Shown piece after piece: positions 12,421 through 25,730 of a stretch of 64,000 nt of DNA (its first letter is position 1; every line of letters starts with the position of its first letter). Origin of the DNA: Octopus vulgaris (taxonomy: Eukaryota); the NCBI GenBank assembly GCA_951406725.2, contig OX597815.1:185876001-185940000 (forward strand). Direction: 5' to 3'. Below the pieces are notes generated by a model that did not search any database, had not been told where the DNA came from, and saw only the letters and a list, made by a program, of their open reading frames with translations. Both the position numbers and the translations under genes were made by a program.

Positions 12421-12743
12421 TTCATGCAAAATATTGACTGAATGGGTTAAACTATTTTGTCCAATGTATCTTACAACGTATATTATTGTTGCCACAAAAA
12501 GTAGGTTTGGTCATTTTTATTAGAAAATCGAGAGGCCACGTAGACCACATCTCTTTCTCTCCTCACTTGTCTCGTAAAAAGGATCGTAATCTGAAGAGTC
12601 AAATGTGTATTTTTATTCGTAGTCATTTTAATGCTGTTCCTATATTTTTCTTTGCAGTATGTTAACTATTTTTGTTTTTATGACTTACTTTAGGCGAAGG
12701 AGTTATATTCCTGGCTTTCATGGGCTCCATCTGACAGGTGTGT

Positions 12744-12794
<51 letters not shown>

Positions 12795-13105
12795 TAAATC
12801 ATTAATGGTGACAGAAGCAGTATTAGCTGAAAATAGCAATTTGTGTTACATACGTTAAGCATATGCACCGTTGAAATTCCAATAAACTGCGGGTATTCAT
12901 CTTGAGAAAGCATCTCTCAGAGACGTATGGTGTAATCACCACCGCTTGACCATTTTCGTCAGCCACTCATATATCTGCGTGTCTTTTAACACTACAGGTT
13001 TATAAGAGATGCTTTCTTGAGACAAATACCGCACATACATACATATACAGGCATACATACAAACATACATAAATATATACATACATAAATACATGCATAC
13101 ATACA

Positions 13106-13145
<40 letters not shown>

Positions 13146-13290
13146 TATACATACTACTACATCTGCTTTTTGTGCATACTCCTGTCTTCGTCTTTTGCTT
13201 TTCTGTAAATTTCAAGTGTATGCATGTGTGTGTGTGTATGTATGTATGTATATATGTATGTATGAATGTATGTATGCATGTATGTATGTG

Positions 13291-13545
13291 TGGAGGCGCG
13301 TGGCTTAGTGGTTAGGGTGTCAGCATCATGATCTTAAGATTGTGGTTTCGATTCCTGGACCGGGCGACGCGTTGTGTTCTTGAGCAAAACACTTCATTTC
13401 ACGTTGCTCCAGTCCACTCAGCTGGCAAAAAAATGGGTAACGTTGCGATGGACTGGCGTCCCGTCCAGTTGGGGGACACATATGCCATTGAAACCGGGAA
13501 ACCGGGCCCATGAACCTAGCTAGGCTTTAAAAGGGCGCATTTATT
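13291..13545 (+). mobile_element. tRNA-derived SINE with V-SINE-like segment
   Basis: A box tggcttagtgg, B box ggtttcgattcc, and gcgatggactggcgtcccgtccag. Confidence 0.8.
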
Positions 13546-13721
13546 TATGTATGTATGTATGTATGTATGTATGTGCGCATGCGTCTATGCGAATTGTGCA
13601 ATAGAAGTAGATATATAGTAAAACCGTTATCAATATAACATATTTAATGTATGTGTGTTGTTGAAAACCTCAGCGGCTGGCTTTTCAACGACACACATAC
13701 GTTATGTAAGTTATATATATT

Positions 13722-15025
13722 TGTGTGTGTATGTGTGTGTGTGTGTGTGTGGGTGTGGAGGCGCAATAGCCCAGTGGTTAGGGCAACAGACACGCGGTCC
13801 TAGGATCCCGGTTTCGATTCCCAGACCGGGCGTTGTGAGTGTAAGATGTGTGTGTTTGTGTGTGATAGAATTTACCATTTTCGAATGACAAATTATAAGA
13901 TATTTCTTTATAATTATACTACAATGTTTTTATTTTGTTTTTGCTTTATTGTTTGGTGGGTGCGGGTGTTGGGGGTGGGGAGACGGTTATAGAAGCGATT
14001 GTTCAAGCTTAAAGTGAACACATTTTATTTTAGCTTTCTGCCATTACACGTGTTTTCGGATGACTTTTGGTGTGAAACATTGCTGTGTTCCACCAGCAAT
14101 TTTAACTGCAGCAGATTTTGTGACGTTTTTGTTTTTTTGTCTTCTTATAATGCGTGTGTTACGTACAAAACATCGCAGACTGCATCTTTGTTTTGATTGA
14201 GGCATATATTAGGTACCATCACCGAAGCCATTCTTGAACTACTTGCTTTTAATGAGCAGTCAACCTTCTGTCATCCGCGATTGACCCATTATAATCTGCC
14301 TAACTGGAAAATTTGTGCCTATTTACAATGTTGGAAATATACTAACAACAGCTGCAGTGGAGGCGCAATGGCCCGGTGGTTAGGGCATGGACTCGCGGTC
14401 GTAAGAACGCGGTTTCGATTCCCATACCGGGCAGCTGTTGTTAGTATATTTCCAACATTGTAAATAGGCACAAATTTTCCAGTTAGGCAGATTATAATGG
14501 GTCAATCGCGGATGACAGAAGGTTAACTGCTCATTAAAAGCAAGTAGTTCAAGAATGGCTTCGGTGATGGTACCTAATATATGCCTCAATCAAAACAAAG
14601 ATGCAGTCTGCGATGTTTTGTACGTAACACACGCATTATAAGAAGACAAAAAAACAAAAACGTCACAAAATCTGCTGCAGTTAAAATTGCTGGTGGAACA
14701 CAGCAATGTTTCACACCAAAAGTCATCCGAAAACACGTGTAATGGCAGAAAGCTAAAATAAAATGTGTTCACTTTAAGCTTGAACAATCGCTTCTATAAC
14801 CGTCTCCCCACCCCCAACACCCGCACCCACCAAAGAATAAAGCAAAAACAAAATAAAAACATTGTAGTATAATTATAAAGAAATATCATATAATTTGTCA
14901 TTCGAAAATGGTAAATTCTATCACACACACACACATATCTTACACTCACAACACCCGGTCTGGGAATCAAAACCGCGATCCTACGACCGCGAGTCAGTTT
15001 CCCTAACCACTGGGCTATTGCGCCT

Positions 15026-15083
<58 letters not shown>
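13722..15083. repeat. Long inverted repeat: arms ~13722-14355 and 14431-15083, 75-bp spacer
   Basis: Mirror ORFs 13999-14196(+) and 14590-14787(-) translate identically; spacer is a SINE C head. Confidence 0.97.
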
Positions 15084-15085
<2 letters not shown>

Positions 15086-15649
15086 CTAAGCTCTACGAGG
15101 CTCCGGCGGGGATTGGTGGTGAACTCCGCTGTACTCTTTCACTGCAACTTTCTCTCACTCTTTCTTCCTACTTCTGCCACAAAGCAGAGGAACCATGGTG
15201 TAACCCACTATGGTGTGGTAAACTTTCAGACCCTAGTCTATATTGCGAATCCTCTGTAACCCAGGATGGTTCAGCTCTGCTCCCTTTAAGAAAGCCACCG
15301 TTTACGGAATGAAGATAACAACGTAGCTTTCGCGCCCGAGCAATCGCCATGTAGTGGGTGGATCTTCATGTTGCCACACGCATTCTTAGTAGCTTAGAGA
15401 AGGCTCGAATTAGAGGTTATTCTTTGTGGCTAATGGCGTGAGTCCTGATTGGAAGAAGAAGAAGAAGAAGAAGAAGACAGCTGCAGTTTACTTTTATGTT
15501 GTTGCTGTTAACCAATTGAAGACCTTCCGGTCGCTTCAAAAGTGTTTATATATTGTTGGGCGTATAATGTAAATTTTTACTGGAAACATGTTTGTGCGTT
15601 TATAATAGAACACTATCTACGTTGAAAATTGTTTCCTCTGATAACAGTA

Positions 15650-16160
15650 TGTTCATTTAATTGTTAATTAAGATATTATTTGAGATATTTTGTTGTTGAT
15701 TTTCTGAGCGACTAGTATGATTCCACTGTCAGTTTGATCTTAACATCAAAGAAACTCCCAGAAGTCATGTTTACCCTGGTTAACAGGCTAATTTTGATTA
15801 ATATTAATAAAGTGTTAATAAAGTTAGTTTCACATTTGAAGTCATTATCGTTTATCTGAAATTCCAAAATTTGAAAAAAAATCTTCAAAACACGAATTGT
15901 TGTTTTCAAATAAGAGAAATGCCCCAAATCAAAAGCTTCAGAAAGCGCATGGGAGGTCCTCGACATTTATATGGCCTCTTGAATGGCATGCTGGCAGCAG
16001 TGAATAGAAGCAGAGTGTGGACGGTTCCCAAAAGCCGTTTTCTGTGAAATATGTCACACATGCTGTTGCTAATGTACAGGGTCATTTAACTAAAACCACT
16101 TTTGCACATGCCTGGCACCATCACTGGCTTCCATTTATGATCAGTGGTCGCCGATAGAGA
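15650..16160 (-). pseudogene. Possible heavily decayed hAT-like transposase remnant
   Basis: Only weak motif resemblance (near-RW-TSH segment, FINTLLILIKISLL). Confidence 0.2.
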
Positions 16161-16629
16161 AGTGATTAGTTCTAAGAATTCTGCGAGTTAAGTGAGGAAA
16201 TGATGATGCCAAACAAGCAGGAAATGGTTATTGATGGAAGTTTTATCTCTCAGTTGTTCATTTCATGAGTGATGATGAAATAGATTAAAAGGTCCTCAAC
16301 CAAGGAGGTTCTAATGACGACAATTACAACGAAGATGATACTGAAGAAAAGATACCGAGATATATCAAGGTGAAATTATGTGAAAGAATTACAGAATCAC
16401 ACACATATATATATAATCACAGGGCAAGGAATCCTGGCAGTGTGTGAAATCAAAGAGAAACTATTATAGCATGATTCTTCATTAACTTATATCATTCCGA
16501 AATCCATAACGCTTCCAACCAGAAGCAGTTTCGGATAAAGTAATATCAATATGTTGAACAAACACTTAGCTTAGAGCTTGACGTTCCCCATGGAACATCA
16601 GGTGACAAATATTTTTTTTCGCTTTTTCT

Positions 16630-16768
16630 TTTTACTCTAGGCACAAGGCCCGAACATTTTGGGGAAGGAGTCAGATTACATCGACCGCAGTACTTGACTG
16701 ATAGTTATTTTTCGACCCCGAAAGGATGAAAGGCAAAGTCGACCATGGCGGAATTTGAACTCAGAACC
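16630..16768 (-). mobile_element. SINE A (tail-2) fragment
   Basis: cgaccccgaaaggatgaaaggcaaagtcgac core. Confidence 0.85.
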
Positions 16769-17683
16769 TTTCTTCTCTAGACTGTTTTAACATTTACTCT
16801 GATGTCATCGATCTCTCGTCTGTTATATTCTGCCATCCCACCTGTCACAAAAAATGGTCCAGTTCAGTACATCTATCCTTTTCCCATACAAATGTGACGT
16901 CTGCATGTCACACGTGTTCAACTGCATGGTAGATGATCATGTGGCTCGCTGGTTTCCTGAAGACTGAATTGTAAACGCTAAATCATTTGCATAACAGAAC
17001 TTCAAGAACATGAACCCTTTTTATTCTGTTTTCCACAAAAGCCGCCTCCATGCACACACTCCACACAGAGATGGACGTACAACACACATATTTACATGCA
17101 CGAGTATAACTCTATTTTCATGCACAAAACACTTAAAAAGAAGCGACACAGATGCAAGGAAAACATTAAGAAAGGTAGATAAATAATGAAACCGAGAAAT
17201 ACAAAGGATAAAAAGCAGAAGAGAGTCGAGAGAAACTATAACATAGACCATTAATATTATCTGTACTTTTGTAAGGACTTAAAGAGCAGGAGCGAAATGA
17301 AGAAAAAGTAATATTCAAAGCCAAAAATAAAAAGAAATAGAGTGAAAGGGATAAATGCAGAAGAAAGAAAAGAATAAGAAGAAAATAATGAAACAAAGAA
17401 TGAAAAACTAAATCTAGGGAAAATGGGAAAAGAAAACAAAAGCAAACTAAGCGAATGAAAGAAAAAGAATAGAATGAAATGAAAAAAAGATTCAATGAAT
17501 GAAAGCAAAGATGAAAAGAAACAAGGAACTTTGGAAAATAGGAAATATGAAAGAGAAAACTGAATGAAGAGAAAAACGGCCGACAATCAATTTCATGGGA
17601 CAAATGAAACGAGAAGAAATATTTTTGAATCTCGACTCGAAATAAATCCCCCCCCCCACGCTCTCTCTCTGTATGTGTGTATA

Positions 17684-17724
<41 letters not shown>

Positions 17725-18308
17725 GCACATATATATAATCAATACTAGATATAGCAGAGTAATAAAATGATTGGATGAAATAATTGCAGAAAATGGGTGG
17801 GGTGGGTGGGGGATAGATGGGTTGAAAGACACTGAGTGTGATGAACTGGAATACTAACAACAGGGAGGAGAGGAAGAGTAGAAAGGAGAGAGAGAGAGAG
17901 AGAGTGAGTGAGTGAGAGTGAAAGAGAATAGAGGGAGGAAGAGTGAGAGTGGAAGCGAGCGGGAGGGAGGGAAGGAGGGAAGGAAAAGCGGCGTTTTGAT
18001 ATGTGAATGTGTGCGTTTGGGTGTATGCGTATGTGTGTGTACACAGGCATATAAATAAATGTGTGTGCACGTATGTATATATGTATATACACGTATTAAA
18101 TGTAAAATGGAATGAATGAATATAAATGGATATATCTAGGTGTGTGTAAGTATATATATATATATGTATAAATGTATGTATATATATACGTATATGTGAT
18201 TCTATATATATGTATATGTGTGCATGTATATATATATGTATATATGTATGTACATATATATGTATATATGTATATGTGTATCTATATATATGTATATGTA
18301 TGTGCATG

Positions 18309-18340
<32 letters not shown>

Positions 18341-18867
18341 CGTATATATATATATATATGTATATGTGTATCTATATATATGTGTGTGCGCAAGTATATA
18401 TATATGTATGTTTGCATATGCGTGTATATATATGTATATATGTATATGTATGTATGTATATATGTGTGTGTGAGAATGTATTTATGTCTGTATGTACATA
18501 TAAGGCAAAAAGAATAAATGTAAAGAAAAATGACTAAATTCTGAAACAGTTATTCATAGTATAGTCACATACACACATATAAGTATTATGTGTATATGTG
18601 TGCATGTGTGCGTGAGTGTGTGTGTGTGTATAAATATGCACACGCACACACATACACACAGAGTGGGGACATTTTAAAATATATAAATTAACCGGATATT
18701 TATGGCAAATTGGAAAGGAAAATGAAACAAAATTGATTGGCAATTGAGATAAAATATTCAGAATAGCTGCAACAAAAAACCTGGTAGTTAATAAAGTGTC
18801 ATACTACAGTATCAACATCACCACTGTTACAACTACTGCAGCTACTACTATTGTTAGTAATAACAAG

Positions 18868-19226
18868 AATACTCAGAGAACGCAAACCTCCGCCAAGGCA
18901 ACACCGACGTCCTCTCAACGATTAGCCGGAGATGATTTTTTAAAATGAGAATATCTTAAATAAATTCGATTGCTCTCATAAACGAGAATACTAAAAATGA
19001 ATCCGACTGCTCTCAAAAATTAAGTAAAAAAAAAGAGGGGAAATAATCCGGAATTCTTCTCCGTACAGGATCGATCCCAAAATCTAATCAGTTCGTGTCA
19101 GTTACGAGGCCAAACATCCCCGAAAGTTCCATCTGAATCCATCCAGAGGTTCTTGAGATATCTTGTCCACTGATAAACAAACAAAGACAACTGAAAACAA
19201 TACCTCCGCCTTCGCTAAGGTGGAAA
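18868..19226 (+). mobile_element. Non-autonomous Helentron/HINE-like element
   Basis: acctccgcc near both ends; terminal stem-loop ctccgccttcgctaaggtgga; second copy nearby. Confidence 0.6.
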
Positions 19227-19664
19227 TAACAACATAAATTCTTTCGAAATTTGGCACAATTCCATCGATTTTAGGGGGAGAGCTAAGTCAATTGCCTCCA
19301 CATCGGTAGGATTTGAACTCAAAATGTAATCTTGGAAGAAATATTGTTAAGGATTGTTTTTTTTTCCTTTTTCTTGTGCGTGAAGAAGTCTGCCAGTTTG
19401 CTGCCTTACTAATAATCTTTACTACAATAATCAGAGGGCCTGTTACTTTGAGGAAGGGATCAGTTGATTACATCAACCCCAGTGTTCAACTGGTATTTAT
19501 TTCATTGACCTTGAAAGGATGAAAGACAAAAATTGACCTCAGCAGCATTTGAACTAAGAATGCGGAGATAGATGAAATGAAGAGAAGCATTTTGTCCTGC
19601 AGGCGAATGGTTTTGCTTACTCACAACATCACTACTAATAAGGATAATAATAATAATGATAATA

Positions 19665-20010
19665 AGGCGGAGGTATTGTTTTTCGGTTGTGTTTGTTTGT
19701 CCGCAGAAAAGATATCTTAAGTACCATCGGATGGATTCGGATGAAACTTTCAGGGATGTTTGGCCTCGTGACTGGCACGAACTGATTAGATTTTGGGATC
19801 GATCCCGTACCGGACGAGGATTTGGGATTAGGTTTCCTCTTCTTTTTTTTACTTAATTTTTGAGAGCGGTGGGTTTCATTTTTAGTATTCTCATTTATGA
19901 GAGCAATCGAGTTTATTTCAGATATTCTCATTTTAAAAATCATCTCTGGCTAATCGTTGAGAGGACGTCGGTGTTGCCTTGGCGGCGGTCTGCGTTCTCT
20001 GAATGCTCTT
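19665..20010 (-). mobile_element. Second Helentron/HINE-like copy, inverted relative to the first
   Basis: Reverse complement of 18868-19210. Confidence 0.6.
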
Positions 20011-20011
20011 G

Positions 20012-20050
<39 letters not shown>

Positions 20051-20051
<1 letters not shown>

Positions 20052-20187
20052 ATCATCTTCGCACAGCTCCTAACGCTGGAGATGTACTACGTTGCCAGCT
20101 GTCCACTACCAATGAGTTAAGATAACACTTCTTATTTTTCGAGTACCATCCGGAGTATTCGAGCGGTTCCAAGCAGTGCTGTTTTCT
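20051..20187 (-). mobile_element. R4/Dong-like LINE extreme 3' end in a (TAA)n tract
   Basis: KTALLGTARILRMVLEK* parallels KTVLLGTARIFSRVLGI* at 2640; (TTA)n on both sides. Confidence 0.8.
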
Positions 20188-20227
<40 letters not shown>

Positions 20228-20559
20228 GTATTTCTTCTTCCCTCAATTTTGTTACCATTTTTCAAGAAACACCCTGCGTTCATTGATAAGCCTCTACAAT
20301 AAACACACCAGATTGTTTCTTTACAAAATCTAGTAAAATTGAATAAAAAAAAAATATTATTTACATTGAAAGATTATCATTCCCGCAGTGACAATGCTCT
20401 CTCTTCTCAACACATGTGACGTACCAGGCATCATTCTTAAAAAATTTCCAGCTCCTTTTTTGTTCATCCCTTGTGATCCTATAACCACTGGTATTGTAAC
20501 CAACTTGAGATACCACATTTGTTTTTATTTCACTGAGAAAATCTGAGCGATTTTCTGGA

Positions 20560-21075
20560 CTTGTCAAATTCTTTTGCCGAGATATTATGATCACAAGGGA
20601 TACTCATGTCAATCAATGAAAAGACTTTACTGTTTTGGTCTTTCACAACAATATCCAGTTTATAAGCTTTGACGGTTTGGTCTATATGTGCTGGAAAGTT
20701 CCAAAGAATCATTACATTTTCCCTTTCAATTACAGCCTCAGGATGATGCTTATATCATTTGTCAGCAGATATGATTTTATGATGCTGACATATTAACCAG
20801 TGTAGATTCTGGCCAGCTCTGTCATGCCATGGTTTATACTCCACTAACACTAAAACTTAACATCTAGAGATTAGGTGCCCACTGTTTCAAACTTGTCATT
20901 GCAGAATATGCTACTTTGGATCTGCTCCATTTTTCCTCACATTAGCTTAGTGCTTCAAGATCAATAAGCTTTGACCTTGAGCAGCTATGATGAAGCCTTC
21001 ACTCTCTACCTTTAGCCCTGAGCTCTGTTGTCACTGACAGGTGCGCATCCGGCCAATGTCAGCTTCTTTGCTACA
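20560..21075 (-). pseudogene. R4/Dong-like zinc finger/RLE fragment (different family)
   Basis: GLKVESEGFIIAAQ, WHDRAGQNLHWLIC, ILWNF...LDIVVKD...LIDMSIPCD. Confidence 0.8.
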
Positions 21076-21151
21076 AGCCACACACACACACACATATATA
21101 TATATATTTGTTTTGCAAGATTCTTGATGTGAAATCGTGTGTTGAAACAGA

Positions 21152-21260
21152 TGTTGTTGTATTTAGGAATTGTCATTTTGCCAGTTTAGCCAATGAAAAC
21201 ACAGTGCGTGTGTTTTTATTGGTCAAACTGGCAAAATGACAATTCCTAAATACAATAACA
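21152..21260. repeat. Foldback inverted repeat (~50-bp arms) in TA/CA context, probably Penelope-derived
   Basis: tgttgtatttaggaattgtcattttgccagttt / aaactggcaaaatgacaattcctaaatacaata. Confidence 0.85.
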
Positions 21261-21364
21261 ACAACAACAACACACACACACATATATGTAGCTAAGATAC
21301 CCGTGCCGGTGACACGTAAAAATCACCGTCCGAATGTGGCAGATGCATATATATATATATATAT

Positions 21365-21534
21365 ATACATACGATGGGCTTCTTTCAGTTTCCGTCTACC
21401 AGATCCACTCACAAGGCTTTGGTCAGCCCAAGGCTATAGTAGAAGACACTTGCCCAAGGTGCCACACAGTGGGACTGAACCCAGAACCATGTGGTTGGTA
21501 AGAAAGCTACTTACTACACAGCCACTCCTGTGCC

Positions 21535-21535
<1 letters not shown>
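21365..21535 (-). mobile_element. SINE B 5' half
   Basis: Head with CORE-like accttgggcaagtg. Confidence 0.88.
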
Positions 21536-21566
<31 letters not shown>

Positions 21567-21661
21567 TACTTCATCATTTAAAGTCTGTTTTACATGCTGG
21601 CATGGGTTGGACAGTTTAAGTGCGACAGGTATAAGTTTGTGTCTGGTATGGGAAACAATCA

Positions 21662-21728
<67 letters not shown>

Positions 21729-21826
21729 TCCACACACATGCACACAAACACACACATGTATGCATACACACAGATATGTATATATGTATATATACACACA
21801 TACAGGTATACATATGACAGGTTTCC

Positions 21827-21988
21827 TGTGAGTTCAAATTCCGCCGAGGTCGACTTTGCCTTTCATCCTTTCGGTGTCGATAAATTAAGTACCAGTTACG
21901 TACTGGGGTCGATGTAATCGGCCTAATCCGTTTGTCTGTCCATGTTTGTCCTCACTGTGTTTAGCCCCTTGTGGGTAGTAAAGAAATA
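21827..21988 (+). mobile_element. SINE A, 5'-truncated
   Basis: Tail-1 followed directly by GGTAT. Confidence 0.9.
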
Positions 21989-22380
21989 GGTATTTAGTAT
22001 TTTGTTATGTTGTAAATCTATATGGCAAGAGTCACTCCTATTGTCTTCAATAAGAACAGGACATATTATACAATGTATTTCTACATAACTATAAAAAGAC
22101 AGTATGGTTATATGAAATGGTTGTGATAAGTTTAGTCGACCAATAATAACAGCAGAAACCAACCAAACGCCCTTTACGCACAATGCATTGGTTAGCCTGG
22201 GGCTATAGTAGAAAACACTTGCCTGAGGTGCCACACAATGGGACTAAAACCTGAAACCATGTGGCCACAAAATAAGCAAACGAAAAACTAGTAAAGCTTC
22301 GAAGTTACTGTCACCTTTTGCATTTCATTTTCTGAATGTTCACAAACAAGAATATATATGGATGTAAGCTATATTAAAGA

Positions 22381-22767
22381 CTAGCAGTATCGCCCGGCGT
22401 TGCTCAGGTTTGTAAGGGAAATAACTATAAAGCATTTTTAGAGAGTTATAGCCAAAAAATAGCAAAAAAATGGAAAAAAATTATGGTAAATTTTTTTTTG
22501 AGAGTAAAAAAAGGTTGAGTTGCGTCCCCTAGACAGTCTGTGGTTTGTTTTTTTTGATTCTCGACCCCATGTCGAATTTATCGATTTTTTTCAGAACTGG
22601 GGTTAACTTTTCAAAATTTTCGCTGCGTTAGTTTTGAATTATGACATTGGGCTATGTGTGTGTCAAGTTTCATCAGAATCGGTTGAAAGCCGTGGTCAGG
22701 GTGAGGGTACGAGAAAACAGACACACAGAAACACGCACAGACAAACTGCCGTTTATATATAGAGAGA
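22381..22767 (-). mobile_element. Non-autonomous Helitron
   Basis: Minus strand A|TC...hairpin cctgagcaacgccggg...CTAG|T; same termini at 62290-62690. Confidence 0.85.
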
Positions 22768-23537
22768 TAACTCGATTTAAATTTAATCTATTTGAAAATA
22801 TGAAAGGTCGTTAAGAATGAAGATTAAATTCTAACACATTTGGAACTTAAACTGAATATGGCACTACTTGAAGCAGAACACAAGTGTGTGTGTGTGTGTG
22901 TGTGTGTGGTTGTATGTATGTGTGTGGATGTATGTATGTGGATGTATGTATGTATGTGTGTGTATGTATGTATGCATGCTTGCATGTATGTATGTGTGGA
23001 TGTATTTATGTATGTGTGTGTGGTATGTATGTGTGTGTGTATGTATGTATGTGTGTGTGGATGTATTTATGTATGTGTGTGTGGATGTATTTATGTATGT
23101 GTGTGTGGATGTATGTATGTATGTATGTAGGTGTGGATATATGTTTGTCTGTGTGTGTGTATGTATGTGTGTGTGGACGTATGCATTATATATTATGTAT
23201 GTATGAGTGTGTGGATGTGTGTGTGTGTGTGTGTGTGGATGTAGGTACGCATGTGTATGTTGATGCATGTATGTACGTGTGTGTGGATGTATGTATGTAT
23301 ATGTGTATGTATGTATATGTGTATTGATGTATGTATGTATGTGTGTGTGTTGATGTATGTGTGTATGTTTGTGTGTATGCATGTGTGTGTGGATGTATGT
23401 ATGTATGTATACATAATAGAATAAGTACTGGGCTTACAAAGAATAAGTCCCGGGGTCGAGTTGTTTGATTAAAGGCGGTGCTCCAGCATGGCCGCAGTCA
23501 AATGACTGAAACAAGTAAAAAAAAAAAAATGTATGTA

Positions 23538-23574
<37 letters not shown>

Positions 23575-23788
23575 ATAATAAATATATAAACAGTAACAAA
23601 TGTGTGAGCAAAGTTTGTGTCAGCTCTCAGGAACGGGAAAAGTGGGCACAAATAATTAAAACACACAAAAGAAAAAATAAATGAAAAAGTTGACTTTCAG
23701 CAGACATCTTGCTTTGGATTCTGACAGTTTGGACACCTTATATATATTGGCATACATACATACAAACATACATGCATACATACATACA

Positions 23789-23824
<36 letters not shown>

Positions 23825-23887
23825 TATACACGTACATACATACATACACGTATATATATACCTATATATACATACATAAATATATAT

Positions 23888-23923
<36 letters not shown>

Positions 23924-24134
23924 AAATATATATAGACACATATATATATACCTATATTTATATATGTATATATATATATATATATATATACATTCATATA
24001 CATATACATATATATACAGACATACACACACGCACATATATATATATAGACATGTATATATACATACATACATATATATGTATGTATGTATATATATATA
24101 TAACAAATAATATATATATATATATCTATATATA

Positions 24135-25055
24135 AATTTAAAATAATAAGGGTGAAAAATTGAATATTAATTTGATTAATATCAATTTAAAACCAGTGAT
24201 CTAGCATATTAAAATCTGAAGATTCAGAAAAATTAAATTACATACATAGAAGAGAGATGACCACTGCATGGACACCCATTATGCTAGAAGTAGATCCGCT
24301 ATGGTCTTACCACTAAGAAAGGAAAGTTCTCAGGAATATATATATGTAAAAGGTATTGGTATCCAGAAGACCCAGGATGGCAGGTAAGGCTATGTAAGTG
24401 CTATGATAGGACTGTAGTTAGATTCTCGGTTATGTTCAGTTCGATAATGATACAAGTGAGGAGTCTAATGTAGGTCTTGTGTGAGCATGTATATGTCAAA
24501 TACAACGAGACAACAACGCCAAGGCTGTGTGGAATTTTTAGGACATTTATAAAGAAAAACTTAGCCTTACAGCTGTTTCTGGAATGTTAGGAATATCCCT
24601 TCATCAGAAACAATATGAGAGTTAACTAGAGGGAAACAGTAAGGTTCAGTATAAGGAATTATTTTGGAAAAGGATGGATATAGGAAGTATAAAGGGAAAT
24701 AAGAGAACAAAAATAAAAGTTAAAATATATGTTGGCTGTTACAGTTGCAGTTCCAGTATCCAAGGAAATTGCTGTGTAGAATGGGTTGAGACTTCTTGTC
24801 CATGGTATGTAGATTCGGATAGGAGTTCATATTTTGTTATTACAAATGGATAGAGTGGAGACATAAATTCCTTGGAGCCTTGCTAAGTACATCATGTGAA
24901 CACATTGATTCTCTAGTTTGTTAAATTATACATCCAAAGATGGCGAGGATATAAAAGTGGTGCTGAGGATGAGATCCACTTTTATATCCTTGCCATCGGG
25001 GGATGTATAATTTAAAGAAACCGGAGATAAAATCAGTGTGTTCATACGATGTAAT
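24135..25055. mobile_element. Penelope-like element remnant with hammerhead and foldback (24890-25050)
   Basis: Starts at (TA)n; terminus matches the reverse complement of 36930-37015; contains a hammerhead motif and an ~80-bp inverted repeat. Confidence 0.65.
24564..24611 (-). ncRNA. Minimal type I hammerhead ribozyme candidate, canonical core
   Basis: gttt-CTGATGA-agggatattcctaacattcca-GAA-ACAGCTGT-A-aggc; palindromic stem III; weak stem I with G-U pairs. Confidence 0.7.
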
Positions 25056-25212
25056 TTGTGAGACACCAAAACGCCCTCTCAATGACTGCTACTGACCCTC
25101 CTCTCTATAAAAGTTCAGATAGTCCATTCTTCCAATCCCACAGGAGTGTCAATGACTCTTACCACAACATCTCCCCCTTTGAGATTGACTTCCGTTGGAA
25201 GTTAATGCTATT

Positions 25213-25730
25213 CATCATCATCATCATCATTATTGTCGTTTAACATCTGCTTTCCATGCTGGCATGGGTTGGACGGTTTGACTGAGGACTGGTGAGCCAG
25301 AGTCTGCATCTGGCAAAGTTTCTACAGCTGGATGCCCTTCCTAATGCCAAACCAGTCCCAGAGTATAGTGGGTGCTTTTACATGCCACCAGCACGAGGGC
25401 CAATTGGCAGTTCTGGCAACAACCAAGCTCAAAAGGTGTTTTTTACGTGCTACCTGCATGGGAGCCAGCAGCGCTGGCAACAAACACGCTCAAATGTTGC
25501 TTTTCACATGCCACCCGCACATGTGTCAGTAAGGCGATGCTGGCAACGATCATGCTCGAATGGTGCTTTTTATGTGCCACTGGCATGGGAACCAATCCGT
25601 GGCCCGGGCAACGATCACACTCAGATCTGCTTTTAACGTGCCACTGGCATGAGTACCAATCAGACAGTACTGTCATAGGCCATGTCAGTGATTTGCTTAC
25701 ATTTGCCTCAATATGTCTTCACAAGCAAAT
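25213..25730 (-). mobile_element. RTE LINE 3' UTR fragment with (GAT)n tail
   Basis: Shares the gtggcacRtaaaa repeat units and end sequence with 26806-27250 and 34482-34940. Confidence 0.8.

Noticed and set aside
14356-14430. tRNA gene in the palindrome loop
   Set aside because: It is a SINE C head with no acceptor stem closure; the same applies to the other SINE heads
14640-14750. Tc1-like transposase remnant in the palindrome arms
   Set aside because: Only a vague resemblance; no DDE motifs or terminal inverted repeats
17492-18537. Long YI/HT/CV-rich ORFs here and throughout the window
   Set aside because: Dinucleotide microsatellites that lack stop codons
21110-21160. Hammerhead-like GAAACAGATGTT next to a foldback
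   Set aside because: No acceptable CUGANGA-type core or stem I
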